Positions 37,648-47,662 of a stretch of DNA of 64,000 bases are shown here, piece after piece. The notes beneath the pieces are model-generated. The model did no database searches. It had not been told where the DNA came from and saw only the letters and a list, made by a program, of their open reading frames with translations. Numbering within the stretch: the stretch's first letter is position 1; each line of letters starts with the position of its first letter. Position numbers and translations under genes: made by a program. This stretch comes from Thermoplasmatota archaeon (GTDB lineage: Archaea; Thermoplasmatota; E2; JACPAO01; JAHFTW01): assembly GCA_041601615.1 (NCBI GenBank), contig JBFIHX010000012.1:8363-72362 (forward strand), given 5' to 3'.

Positions 37648-38558
37648 GCTTTCGCCTCCATATGGGCCAGGATCGCGTCTTCGACGCCGTGTTCCTCGGG
37701 GACGGCCTGCATCAGCAAGCAATCGTTGCGGCGGGCAAGAGCAAGCAGAGGTTGTGGGGCAGGGGCAAGGACGCGCAGGTCGTCGCCGAGGGCGATTTTG
37801 TAGCCGGCTGCTGTGCATGCTTCGGCAAAGTTCTCCGTGTCGCCCATGACGTCCACGCGGTACCAGGTTCCGCCTGCTCCGGTGGTGACGGTGCGGTGGC
37901 GTACTGCTTCCACGGCAGCAAGGCGGCCATCTCGGAGCACCACGGCATCGGCGCAAACGGCTTCCACGTCGGGTAGGATGTGGGTGGAGAGGAGGACGCT
38001 GATTTCTTTCTCGGCAGCCACTTCTTCGATGAGTCGGAGCATAGTGCGGCGGCCACGCGGATCGAGGCCGTTGGTGGGTTCGTCGAGCACCAAGAGGCGC
38101 GGGGCGTGGACCAGTGCGGCGGCGAGTTTCATGCGTTGGCGCTGGCCGGTGCTCATGCGTGCGGGGTTGTGCAGGGCTTCTTCGCCCATGCCGACGGCGT
38201 GTAGGGCTTCGGCGGCGGCTTCGTGGGCGCGGCCGCGGGGAATGCCACAGAGTTCGGCGGCGAGCCGTACGGATTGGACGGCGTTGAGGCCAGGAACCAC
38301 CACATCGTTTTCGGCCATGTAGCCGACGCGGCGACGGATGGCAAGGCTCTGGGTTCGCACGTCGTAGCCCATCACTTTGGCTTCGCCGCCGGAGGGCGCT
38401 AGAAATCCAAGCAAGGTCTTGAGAAGCGTGGTTTTTCCGCTTCCATTCGGGCCCAACAAACCGTGAATTCCAGGTTCTAATGCAAGATCGATGGGTCCGA
38501 CGCCTGCGCCGCCGGGAAACCGACGGCCAAAGCGGTGCAATGAAAGCAATGGTTCCAT
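37644..38558 (-). CDS. ABC transporter ATP-binding protein
   Basis: GPNGSGKTT, MSTGQRQR, LDEPTNGLDP, STH. Confidence 0.95.
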   Translation of the reverse strand: MEPLLSLHRFGRRFPGGAGVGPIDLALEPGIHGLLGPNGSGKTTLLKTLLGFLAPSGGEAKVMGYDVRTQSLAIRRRVGYMAENDVVVPGLNAVQSVRLAAELCGIPRGRAHEAAAEALHAVGMGEEALHNPARMSTGQRQRMKLAAALVHAPRLLVLDEPTNGLDPRGRRTMLRLIEEVAAEKEISVLLSTHILPDVEAVCADAVVLRDGRLAAVEAVRHRTVTTGAGGTWYRVDVMGDTENFAEACTAAGYKIALGDDLRVLAPAPQPLLALARRNDCLLMQAVPEEHGVEDAILAHMEAKA

Positions 38559-38638
38559 GATGCACCAGAACCGCCTGAATTGAAAATCGTACTTGTCGCA
38601 CCGCGCAAACCAAATCCCGGCGCGCCCCTGCTGCGGAC

Positions 38639-39139
38639 GTGCCCCATCCTCGCGTGGAGACTCGGCCCGCCCGTGGCCCCCACAACAGCCTCTGGACCGT
38701 CTACAAAGATGTGGGCTTCCTGCGCGTGGTTTGGAATACGAGCTGGATTCTCATGGCCCGGTACGCACCAAGCTTTCGTCTCAAGAACTGGATGCTTCGA
38801 AGAACGGGGGCCAAAATTGGCAAGTTTGTGAGCTTCGGATTCGAGGCCACCCTTGACATCCTGTATCCGCAGCGCGTGACCGTGGGCGACGATGCCATCA
38901 TTGGCTATGACTCGACGATTCTGTGCCATGGCTACTTGCACGACCAGATCCAGTTGGGGGACGTAACGATCGGTGCGCGTGCCAGCATCGGCGCCAAGTG
39001 CCTCATTCTTCCGGGCGTGACCGTGGGCGAGGGTGCGGTCGTGGGTGGCGGCAGCGTCGTGACGCGAGATGTTCCGGCAGGAGAGTTCTGGGCGGGCGTT
39101 CCGGCGCGCAAAATGCGCGACTCTTTTGGCCAAACGTAG
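38639..39139 (+). CDS. Hexapeptide-repeat (left-handed beta-helix) acyltransferase
   Basis: VTIGARASIGAKCLILPGVTVGEGAVVGGGSVVTRDVP..GVPA. Confidence 0.9.
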   Translation: MPHPRVETRPARGPHNSLWTVYKDVGFLRVVWNTSWILMARYAPSFRLKNWMLRRTGAKIGKFVSFGFEATLDILYPQRVTVGDDAIIGYDSTILCHGYLHDQIQLGDVTIGARASIGAKCLILPGVTVGEGAVVGGGSVVTRDVPAGEFWAGVPARKMRDSFGQT

Positions 39140-39282
39140 CCGCCTAATTGCACCCGGCGGGGCGCCAAAAAATGCCAACGAAGGAACATCAAGCCGCGTG
39201 CCAACAGAAGGGGGCGCCGGAAAATTGGATACTCGGGAACCACTGGCGATGAATGAAAAACCCTGAGCGAAATGTTGGGCCG

Positions 39283-42138
39283 ATGCGCGTCCTTTCCATA
39301 CTCCTTGCAGTCCTGTTGCTTCCTGCCGCATGGGCCATGGGGGGCCACGACCCTGTTGAAGCGTGCGAACTGGACATTGCCCCGGTACACGCTGTGGATG
39401 ACGGCCATACCCACTACCATCATGCGATGGCAGTCGGCGCCCACGCTCATGGAGACGAATGGTTTGCCGCCGACCACACACACGGCATGATGCACGGAGG
39501 CCACGACGAAGGAGGCCACATGGATGCCTGCGACCAAACCGGTGTCCTGCGCATGTTCGGCGACATCAGCGCGATTCCCAAACTCAGGCTTACGGACGCA
39601 GTGGTTGGCACCGAACCCAGTGTCATTGTACGCAACGAAGGCTACGCCATTGACCCCCAGAAAGCCCAGAGCCTCCTGCACTTGCAAGGAGACGCAGCAC
39701 TCGCCGCCAGTGGCTTCCCCGGCAGCGGCACCATGGCCGATCCGTACATCATCGAAGGCTACGCCATCAGCCAACGCCTCACACTCCAGGACACCGACGC
39801 TTGCGTGGTCGTTCGCAACAACGTGGTGGACGGCTCCTTCATCGAAGGGCCGCTCGTGGATCCCTTGGACCTCATCCGAACCCTCGACAACGTTGCGCTT
39901 GCCCGCGAAGCCCTCGACGCTGCCCGCGAAGCCGTAGGAGCGGCCGCCGACGCCCGCGCCTTGACCCTCGAAGACGTACACATCGCCCAAGCCGACTTGC
40001 AAGCCTGGCGCGACGCTCGTACCAGCTACCTCGACGCTGTATCCGCAGCCCGCGCCGCCCTCGACGCATGGAGCGAAGGCCGCGTGCCCTACCTCGACGA
40101 CCTTGCCGCCGCCCGCGCCGACTTCGACGCCTGGAAAGACGGACGCGTGCCGGTGGTCGACGACTTGGTGGCTGCCCGCGACGCACTCGGCACCAACAGC
40201 CAAGCCCTGACCGCGAACCAAGAACTCCTCCAGGCCCTACGCGCCGACGCCCTTGCCCTGCGCGACGAAATGGCCATGCAAGCAGAAGTTCCAGAGCTTC
40301 CCGAAAACATCAACTCCTTCCTCAGCGAGGTCCGCGCCTCCGACGACGGCACCCTCGCCGACCTCCTCGACCAATTGCAGGAAGTCGCCGACCAAGTGGC
40401 CGCCGCCAAATCCGAACGCGCAGAGCTTCGCGCCGACCGCATCGAGCTTGTGGCCGCCCGCGACGACGCCACGACCGCGCTTGGCGCCTACGACGCGCCC
40501 CGCGACGAACTCAAAGCCGCCATCGTGGCCGCCCTCGACGCCCGCAACCAATACGACGCCAGCCGCGACGCCCTCGTAGCCGCCCTCGACGCCGCCCGCG
40601 TCGACCAAGGCCTTCACGACGACCAAAAGGACGCCCTCGTGGCCGCCCTTGACGCCGCCCGCGCCATCGATGCCACCGCCCTGGAATCCCTGAGTGCTGC
40701 CCGCGCCGAGCGCGACCTTGCCCGCGAAGCCCTCGACGCTGCTCGCGCTGTGGCCGAGGAAGGTGAAATCATCTGGCTAGGAGAACTCTACGAAGACCTC
40801 GACGCCGTCGTGCAAGCAGCCCTTGAGGCCGCCCGGCGCCTCGTTGTCGAAGACGCACAACTTGTTCTGGACTGGAACGGGCCCTGTGTGCACGCCTACC
40901 ACAACGTCGTGGACGACCTGCGCGTCAACCAAAACAACGCACGCCTCGGATACGCCACCGGCGGGGTCATCGAAGACAACCGCATCTTCGACGTGGGCCA
41001 ACTTCGCCACTACGACGGTGTCTTCCGCGACAACGAAATCGGCGACCTCGCCCACTGGGAAGGCTTTCTCTCCGGCGAATCCCCCGCCAGCAGCCGGGCC
41101 GCCAACGTAGACGGCTTCAACCAAGGCCAACTCGTCAACAACGCGTTCTACGGCTTCGTGGACCTCGACTTCCACGGCCACCACCACGGCACCGGCTTCT
41201 TCTCGCCCCACAGCCACTACCACGGCAACGACATGACCCGGCTCTACGGCGACGACGGGATGCTGATGCACGACCACACCTTCCGCTGGACCAGCGTCGT
41301 CTTTGCCAACAACATCGTCATCGACCCCGCCGGCCAGGGCCTACGCTACGAAGACCGCAACCACGCCGGCGACGACCGCCAAGCCAACTCCGAAAACGTC
41401 GAACAACTCAACGAAGCCCACCTACACAGAAGCATCATCGAGCTGCAACGCAACACCGTCGTTGGCAGCCTCAGCGTAGACGTGTTCAACGCCGACGGCA
41501 TCGACATCTGGAGCGACACCCTGACCCCCGTCCAATTCGACGTTCTGGGCCGCGTCGTGGACGCCGTGCTGCACCTAGGTGCTGATATCATCAACACCCA
41601 CAGCGGCCGCAACGACGGCTGGCTGCGCATCGAAGACAACCGCGTCCTCGACCCCAGCGGCGGCATGGGCGCCTACGAGATCCGCGACGCCAAAGAATTC
41701 GACCTCCGATTCGTCGGCAACCAAGCCGTCAGCATCGGACACGGCGCCCGCCCCGGCGACCTCCACATCGGCGACCTACAGCAACTCGACCTAGAAGCCC
41801 TCAATTGGGGCGGCATGCAACACGAGGGCGACACAGGCCTCCTGCTTGCCCGCATCAAAGACGGCGAGGCAACCATCTGCCAAAACCGCCTCTCGGGCTT
41901 CGACGCCGGATTCGTCGCCAAAGACCGCATCATGGAAGACGCAACCATCCGCACCTGCGCAGACAACAACTTCAGCGGCGACCCCTACACCGAGGTCCGC
42001 TTTACCGCGTACCCGAAACAAGAACCAGGACTAACCCAGCCGATTCAGGACGCCATCGAAGAAGTCGCAGGCGACGCGCCCGGCCACGCCGCCGAACCCG
42101 TCCTCGATGCAATAGACGCCGCTTCCTCCTCCCTCTAG
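39283..42138 (+). CDS. Large secreted beta-helix-like protein with His-rich segments and a long coiled-coil insertion
   Basis: Signal peptide MRVLSILLAVLLLPAAWA; GSGTMADPYIIEG motif; N-ladder repeats (IEDNRI, FRDNEI, FANNIV); Ala/Asp/Leu/Arg heptad region at ~39880-40850. Confidence 0.85.
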   Translation: MRVLSILLAVLLLPAAWAMGGHDPVEACELDIAPVHAVDDGHTHYHHAMAVGAHAHGDEWFAADHTHGMMHGGHDEGGHMDACDQTGVLRMFGDISAIPKLRLTDAVVGTEPSVIVRNEGYAIDPQKAQSLLHLQGDAALAASGFPGSGTMADPYIIEGYAISQRLTLQDTDACVVVRNNVVDGSFIEGPLVDPLDLIRTLDNVALAREALDAAREAVGAAADARALTLEDVHIAQADLQAWRDARTSYLDAVSAARAALDAWSEGRVPYLDDLAAARADFDAWKDGRVPVVDDLVAARDALGTNSQALTANQELLQALRADALALRDEMAMQAEVPELPENINSFLSEVRASDDGTLADLLDQLQEVADQVAAAKSERAELRADRIELVAARDDATTALGAYDAPRDELKAAIVAALDARNQYDASRDALVAALDAARVDQGLHDDQKDALVAALDAARAIDATALESLSAARAERDLAREALDAARAVAEEGEIIWLGELYEDLDAVVQAALEAARRLVVEDAQLVLDWNGPCVHAYHNVVDDLRVNQNNARLGYATGGVIEDNRIFDVGQLRHYDGVFRDNEIGDLAHWEGFLSGESPASSRAANVDGFNQGQLVNNAFYGFVDLDFHGHHHGTGFFSPHSHYHGNDMTRLYGDDGMLMHDHTFRWTSVVFANNIVIDPAGQGLRYEDRNHAGDDRQANSENVEQLNEAHLHRSIIELQRNTVVGSLSVDVFNADGIDIWSDTLTPVQFDVLGRVVDAVLHLGADIINTHSGRNDGWLRIEDNRVLDPSGGMGAYEIRDAKEFDLRFVGNQAVSIGHGARPGDLHIGDLQQLDLEALNWGGMQHEGDTGLLLARIKDGEATICQNRLSGFDAGFVAKDRIMEDATIRTCADNNFSGDPYTEVRFTAYPKQEPGLTQPIQDAIEEVAGDAPGHAAEPVLDAIDAASSSL

Positions 42139-42329
42139 GGCTCCGAGTGTGTCGGGACCCCTTCTTCCGCCTTTTCCCGACTTTTTCCAATCGCAAATTT
42201 GGCAGCATCGCTTGGTTCAACAGTTGGGTATGTACTCGGTTGAGGAAAGCCGCAGCTGAAGGTGCCTTGGTCGGCGCGAAACTTGGAGCGTTCGTGCTAT
42301 TCGTCGCGCAATCAATCCTAGCCGGACAA

Positions 42330-42578
42330 TCAATCCATCATCCGAGTCACGCGAATCACGGAACCGGTGACCGCAAAAATCACGCGCTGCCGACCGACAC
42401 GGAGCCGCTTCAGACCCATTGCATGGTCGCCTTCGAGCGCCTTGACCTCGAGGCTGTGCCTCTTACCCGTGGGATCTTCCCGCAACTGTTCAAGAGCGTC
42501 TCGCAGAAGCTTGCGCGGCCGAGGTGCAAGGGACCGAAAGAATGCCGTCGCGCCCTCATCTTCAAGAACCAGTTTCAC
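42330..42578 (-). CDS. RelE/ParE family type II toxin
   Basis: 82 aa, basic; VKALEG..LKRLRVGRQRVIF; GTGA overlap with the antitoxin. Confidence 0.8.
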   Translation of the reverse strand: MKLVLEDEGATAFFRSLAPRPRKLLRDALEQLREDPTGKRHSLEVKALEGDHAMGLKRLRVGRQRVIFAVTGSVIRVTRMMD

Positions 42579-42772
42579 AAATCATCCAAGTCGGTCCAGG
42601 CGTACCGGCCAGGGTGCAGCAACTTGTCCTGCTCCGCCGCCAAAAAAGTCTGGCGGTCGGTAGCATCGAGGACCCGGTTGATGATGTCGTCATACGTCAT
42701 CCCCGCCAAACCAAGGGCACGAATCCTGTCGCGCGTCCGGCCATCAACCTGAATGGTCGTCTTGGCCATCAA
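42575..42772 (-). CDS. Archaeal-type RHH-like antitoxin
   Basis: TTIQV...TRDRI......TYDDIINR.LD; upstream of the RelE-like gene; acidic tail. Confidence 0.75.
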   Translation of the reverse strand: MMAKTTIQVDGRTRDRIRALGLAGMTYDDIINRVLDATDRQTFLAAEQDKLLHPGRYAWTDLDDL

Positions 42773-42851
42773 TCGTTATATGCGGCAATAGTGGCCATAG
42801 CGGTTGTATTGGGGGTCAACGGCCAAGTCAACATGAATCAACGCGCCCCCT

Positions 42852-43352
42852 TCACCCTCTCCGCGCCGCCTCAATCCCATCAACCTCAATTTTCCCCATC
42901 TCCATCATCGCCTCAAACACCCGTTTCGCCGCTGCCGGATCCGAATCAGCCAAGCCCTCCATGAGGGCGGTGGGCGTAATTTGCCAGTTCAATCCCCATC
43001 GGTCCTTGCACCAGCCGCAGGCACTTTCTTGGCCGCCGTTGGAGACGATTGCGTTCCAATAACGGTCTGTTTCGGCCTGGTCCTTTGTCGCGACCTGGAA
43101 CGAGAAGGCCTGCGTGTGCGGGTATCCGGGGCCACCGTTCAAACCGAGACACGGGATGCCGAGCACCGTAAACTCCACCGTCAGAACATCGCCCTGTTTG
43201 CCTGATGGATAGTCTCCGGGTGCTCGAGTGACGGCGTGTACCTTGGAATCTGGGAAGGTCTCAGCGTAGAATCGAGCGGCAGCCTCCGCATCGCCATCAA
43301 ACCACAGACAAATCGTATTTTTTGCAGGTTCCGCCATATCCATCCGCTCCAT
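42852..43352 (-). CDS. VOC family (PhnB/3-demethylubiquinone methyltransferase-like) protein
   Basis: CLWFDGDAE.AARFY, LNGGP, CGWCKDRWGLNWQITP. Confidence 0.9.
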   Translation of the reverse strand: MERMDMAEPAKNTICLWFDGDAEAAARFYAETFPDSKVHAVTRAPGDYPSGKQGDVLTVEFTVLGIPCLGLNGGPGYPHTQAFSFQVATKDQAETDRYWNAIVSNGGQESACGWCKDRWGLNWQITPTALMEGLADSDPAAAKRVFEAMMEMGKIEVDGIEAARRG

Positions 43353-43413
43353 GCGTGCAGGGTCATGGGCGGACTTGGACCTTAGCGATTCCTTTCAGCG
43401 GCTCGGCTGCGAA

Positions 43414-43809
43414 TTACACCGTCCGCACAATCCGCACCGCCGCCGCATCCAGGTCCGGCCCCGCAGCAAACGGCTCCAATTGCGACAGGAGCCCCGCAAC
43501 ATCGATGCCCCATTTTGTGGGCGCGTGCGGCGGCAAGCGCGCCAGGACGTTGTTGTAGTGGTTCTCCACCCCGCGCTCTACGCCCCGGGCGTACTGATGC
43601 AGCATCGCAGCCGCCATGATCAAGCCCTGCACGAACAACTTGTCCTCCCCCTCCAAGCCCAGCCACAAATGCTCCCACGCCTCATGCGCATGCCAATGAC
43701 GCCCCGCGTTGAACTCGTCCAAGCCCTCCGTCAAGAGCGGCGAGGACGCGGGGTCCTCAATGGGTGGGTGCTTCGGGTGGCGGCGAGCGTGACGAGTGAG
43801 GTCGGTCAT
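43414..43809 (-). CDS. DUF309 domain protein
   Basis: FNAG..W.AHEAWE..W...QGLI.AA. Confidence 0.85.
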   Translation of the reverse strand: MTDLTRHARRHPKHPPIEDPASSPLLTEGLDEFNAGRHWHAHEAWEHLWLGLEGEDKLFVQGLIMAAAMLHQYARGVERGVENHYNNVLARLPPHAPTKWGIDVAGLLSQLEPFAAGPDLDAAAVRIVRTV

Positions 43810-43920
43810 GTTCGGCTCCCCAAACCCCCGTAGGAGGATTGGCGTTCATGTACCCTGCACAACGATTTCATCCAATCGCCGCCCCACACCCTCATAACCC
43901 GCACCTCCACTGGGCCGCTG

Positions 43921-46608
43921 ATGCGTGTTGGTGTAATCCTGGCGGCTTTGATGCTCGCCGTCTCCTTTTCTGGCTGCTTTGGCGGCAACGACAAAGCCCC
44001 GGCGGTCGTAGAAAATCCCAATTTTACCGGCGGCAACGATACGACGACCCCGCCCGCCATCCAAAAACCAGTGATTCCGCCCTGCACCCTGGTGGCCGGC
44101 GACATCGCGTGGCCTGACTTGCCGGGGGCACCCAAACCCGCAACACCCCTGTCTGCGACCATCCAGCGCGACGCCTACGGAGTTCCGCACGTCTGGGCCG
44201 ACGACCCATACTCCCTATGGTACGCCAATGGCTACGTCCAAGCCCAAGACCGCTTGTTTGAATTGGATCTGCTGCGCCACGTGGGTCGAGGCGATTCTGC
44301 GGCAGTCGTGGGCGCTGCCCAATTGGCCTCTGACGTGGAAGTGAACCGTGAATTGTACACCGAAGCCGAAATTGAAGCGCAATGGGACGCCGCTCCTTCG
44401 GCCGCTCGCGAGGTGCTCCAGGCCTTCAGCGACGGCGTCAATCGCTACATGGTCGAATCCGTGGTCCGTGGCGAACTGCCCGGCGAGTTTGCCGCCCTCG
44501 GCCACGCACCCGAACCATGGATTCCCCAGGACTCCATCGCGGTCATCGACTACCTCATCGGCTTCTTTGGCGTCGACGGCGGCCACGAATTGGGCAACCT
44601 ACAGCGCCTTGGGCAACTCGAATCGACCCTCGGGCCCGAAGCCGCCTGGGACGCGCTCGGTGACCTTGTGTGGCTGCGCATCGACGACTCCTACACCACC
44701 ATCAATCCCGCAGACCGCATCATGAATGGCTGCGAAGACCCCTTGCCCCGCGCCGCAGCCGGCGCTCAGATTGCCTCCGCCGCAGCCGCCCAAGGCGCCA
44801 CCGTGTTCGGAGCCGTCGGCCCTGGCGAAGTGGGCTTGCCACCGCCCCTAGCCATCGCCAGCCTCGAAGAGCGCGGCGCGGGCGTCTTTGCCGACTTCAA
44901 ATGGGGCAGCAACGCCTTCCTTCTCGACGGCCAGCACACCAACACCGGCAAACCCATCATGTGGGGCGCTCCGCAAATGGGCTACTACAAGCCCCCCGTG
45001 CCCTACCAAATCGGCTTGCACGGCGCCGGCTACGACGCGGTCGGCATCGGTGTCGCAGGAGCACCCGGCATCGTCATCGGACGCAACGCCGACATCGCAT
45101 GGTCTGCCACCAGCGGCATCGAGGACATGACCGACATCGTCGAAGTGGACCTCACCGGCCCCCGCACCTACACATGGGATGGCAAAACCAAGCAAATGGA
45201 CTGCTGGACCGTGACCCACAACACCGCGCCAGCCCCCGCCGACCTTGCTGCATTCCCGGACGTGGCGCCGCCCATGACCTACGAACAAGAAGTATGCCGC
45301 GCTGAGACCTGGCCCGTCATCGCCATCAACGAAGCCGCCGGCAAGGCCTGGTTCAAACGCTGGACCACACGCGGTGAAGAACTGCCCGGCGCCTTCATGT
45401 GGCTCGGAGTGGCGACCGCAACGAGTGCTGCGGACTTCCGCGAGCAAGTGGCGGACTTCCCGTTCACCTTCAACTTCCACGTCGCCGACATGCAAGGCAT
45501 CCACTACATCCACACCGGCAACATCCCGCTGCGAGCACCCGGATACGATCCGCGCCTCCCGACGCCCAGTGGCGAGGCGTTCCAGTGGCGAGGCGAGGCG
45601 TACACCCGCGAAATGGACACCTGGGCAACCAATCCCTCCACTGGCTACTTTGCCAACTGGAACAACGGCCCCGCTTACGGATGGCGCGCCGGCGACCAAC
45701 GCGGCCTCTGGGGCCCCGTCCACCGCGTCCAGGCCGAAGACCGCGAAGTGCAAAAATTCCTTGCCGAACGAGGCAACCTCTCCCACAGCGACGTGGAAGA
45801 ACTCAACTGGCGCGTCAGCCAAGTAGACAGCTTGGCCGGCCCTTTCTTGCCCTATCTAATCGCCGCGGCAATCCAGGCCGGTAGCACGGACGTGGCCGAG
45901 GCTCTCAGCGCGTGGCAGGCAGAGGGCATGCCCTGGCGCGACGACGACAAGGACGGCTTCTACGACGACGCAGCTCATGCAATCTGGGACGCCCTCTACG
46001 CCGAGCTCCTGGGTCTGCAAGCGGACGAACTTGGCACCTACAACCACGAACTCCAGCTCAACCCGCCCGAATCAAGCGACGCACACGCAGGAGACCACGG
46101 CCAACACAACAACCCGCTCCCAACGGTGCTCAAAGCGCTGCGCGGCTCCACTGCTCGCAACTGGTGCGACGACGCCGGAACCGCCACTGTCGAGACCTGT
46201 GACGATATGCTCGAAGCCGCAGTCCTTGCCGCCGTGGGACAACTTCAGGCCTCGTACGGAATGGACCCCGCCGAGTGGCTCGCCCCCGTCCACCTCAGCG
46301 CATTCACCGCCATGGGTGCCTTCGACGCCGACGAAATGCCGATGGTCAACCGCGGATCCTGGGTACAAGTGGTCGCTATGGGAGAAGGCGGCAAAGGCGC
46401 CAGCAGTGCCATGCCTCCCGGCAACATCGGACGCATCACCGCACCTGAGGCCGCGATCTGGGTCGGTGGTGGCGGCGAACCGGAGCGACTCACCCTCGAA
46501 TTGGACATGTATTGGTCCGGCCGCTACAAGCCGTTCCCGCTGACCCGCGCCGAAGTGGACGCCGTGGCCGTCGAGACCTACGAACTCGCCGTGGTGTCGC
46601 CGCCTTGA
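43921..46608 (+). CDS. Penicillin acylase (Ntn-hydrolase) family lipoprotein
   Basis: SFSGC lipobox; IQRDAYGVPHV, GYVQAQDRLFELD, GSN nucleophile, ANWNN. Confidence 0.92.
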   Translation: MRVGVILAALMLAVSFSGCFGGNDKAPAVVENPNFTGGNDTTTPPAIQKPVIPPCTLVAGDIAWPDLPGAPKPATPLSATIQRDAYGVPHVWADDPYSLWYANGYVQAQDRLFELDLLRHVGRGDSAAVVGAAQLASDVEVNRELYTEAEIEAQWDAAPSAAREVLQAFSDGVNRYMVESVVRGELPGEFAALGHAPEPWIPQDSIAVIDYLIGFFGVDGGHELGNLQRLGQLESTLGPEAAWDALGDLVWLRIDDSYTTINPADRIMNGCEDPLPRAAAGAQIASAAAAQGATVFGAVGPGEVGLPPPLAIASLEERGAGVFADFKWGSNAFLLDGQHTNTGKPIMWGAPQMGYYKPPVPYQIGLHGAGYDAVGIGVAGAPGIVIGRNADIAWSATSGIEDMTDIVEVDLTGPRTYTWDGKTKQMDCWTVTHNTAPAPADLAAFPDVAPPMTYEQEVCRAETWPVIAINEAAGKAWFKRWTTRGEELPGAFMWLGVATATSAADFREQVADFPFTFNFHVADMQGIHYIHTGNIPLRAPGYDPRLPTPSGEAFQWRGEAYTREMDTWATNPSTGYFANWNNGPAYGWRAGDQRGLWGPVHRVQAEDREVQKFLAERGNLSHSDVEELNWRVSQVDSLAGPFLPYLIAAAIQAGSTDVAEALSAWQAEGMPWRDDDKDGFYDDAAHAIWDALYAELLGLQADELGTYNHELQLNPPESSDAHAGDHGQHNNPLPTVLKALRGSTARNWCDDAGTATVETCDDMLEAAVLAAVGQLQASYGMDPAEWLAPVHLSAFTAMGAFDADEMPMVNRGSWVQVVAMGEGGKGASSAMPPGNIGRITAPEAAIWVGGGGEPERLTLELDMYWSGRYKPFPLTRAEVDAVAVETYELAVVSPP

Positions 46609-46817
46609 CGTGGCAAGAAGAGCTCAAAGCGCAGGTGCCCCGCGCCGAGATTCCCGGGTTCCTGGCCGATCTACAAGCGCTCGTGGCAGCACTTCGCGAG
46701 CATCGGCCTTGGGAGCCGAGACTGACCATGACGCTGCGACAACACCCCGCGCTCGTGCTCGGCTACATGACACCGGGGCCCGCCCGCGACAAAGTCGAAG
46801 CGGCGCTCAGAGGGTAG
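46605..46817 (+). CDS. Small hypothetical protein
   Basis: TTGA overlap with the acylase stop; 70 aa. Confidence 0.5.
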   Translation: MTWQEELKAQVPRAEIPGFLADLQALVAALREHRPWEPRLTMTLRQHPALVLGYMTPGPARDKVEAALRG

Positions 46818-47262
46818 GGCAGCGCGAACAGGGCGAATAGTACGGACTGTCCACCGCCGGGCGCCGGTCGTCTTTGCTGACAAACGGAATCACGTTCGTG
46901 CCGGCCGCGGGCGTCCGGAAGCGCAAGTCCTCCACGGGCAAGCCGCCAACAATGTGCTCGTCCCAAATGCGCGCCGCATCGTCGAGGCCCAAGTGGCTGT
47001 ACCAAACGCCCTCGGGGTACACCACCATCATTGGTCCATGGCCGCACTGACCCAAGCAACCCGCCTTGTTGATACGCAGCGTCTCCTTGAGCCCCGCATC
47101 ACGCAAGCGGCTCTTCAAGAGCTTCTGGATTTCCTCGGCCGGCCCGTCCAAGGCACACGCGGAGTCGCTCGTGCAGACAAATGCGTGCAACTCGAAGCGG
47201 CGACCCTCCCCATCAACAGGAAGCGGTGCACCGGGGGCAGGCAGGACGGTTGGATCAGACAC
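46807..47262 (-). CDS. Thioredoxin-like [2Fe-2S] ferredoxin
   Basis: HAFVCT..C..RINKAGCLGQC.HGP..VVYPEGVWY. Confidence 0.9.
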   Translation of the reverse strand: MSDPTVLPAPGAPLPVDGEGRRFELHAFVCTSDSACALDGPAEEIQKLLKSRLRDAGLKETLRINKAGCLGQCGHGPMMVVYPEGVWYSHLGLDDAARIWDEHIVGGLPVEDLRFRTPAAGTNVIPFVSKDDRRPAVDSPYYSPCSRCPTL

Positions 47263-47315
47263 GCACTCGGAGTCTCGTCGGCGGGCTTAAGCTCGGCGCC
47301 CCGGGTGGCCGGCCC

Positions 47316-47636
47316 GTGGCCCTTCCCAGCGGCATCGACTGGCTCATCTTCGTGGGCTCGACCGCATTCAGCGTCGCACTCGTGCCACAACTGGTGCGCA
47401 CCCTGAAGCTTGGCCGCGCCGACGACCTCAGCATCCCCTTCGTGGCCCTCGTCATCGCCGCCTCCGCCATGACACTCGTCTACTGGCTCATCCGAGGCGA
47501 AAACTGGGAAGTCTACTTCGGATTCCTCGCCAACCTACTCGTCTGGAGCGTCGTGCTCTGGTACCGACTGTTTCCACGGCCGGGGAGTCTTGGGCACGAG
47601 GCGGACCCTCCACGCCGGCCACATCACGAACCGTGA
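47316..47636 (+). CDS. PQ-loop / SemiSWEET family transporter
   Basis: LVPQLVRT....ADDLS; three TM helices; conserved N. Confidence 0.8.
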   Translation: MALPSGIDWLIFVGSTAFSVALVPQLVRTLKLGRADDLSIPFVALVIAASAMTLVYWLIRGENWEVYFGFLANLLVWSVVLWYRLFPRPGSLGHEADPPRRPHHEP

Positions 47637-47662
47637 AGTAGCCGCCCGCTCTGAACAATCCC

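Noticed and set aside
39225-39250. Archaeal dif site near the skew switch (ATTGGATA)
   Set aside because: Only a partial arm; no complementary second arm or TTAT core
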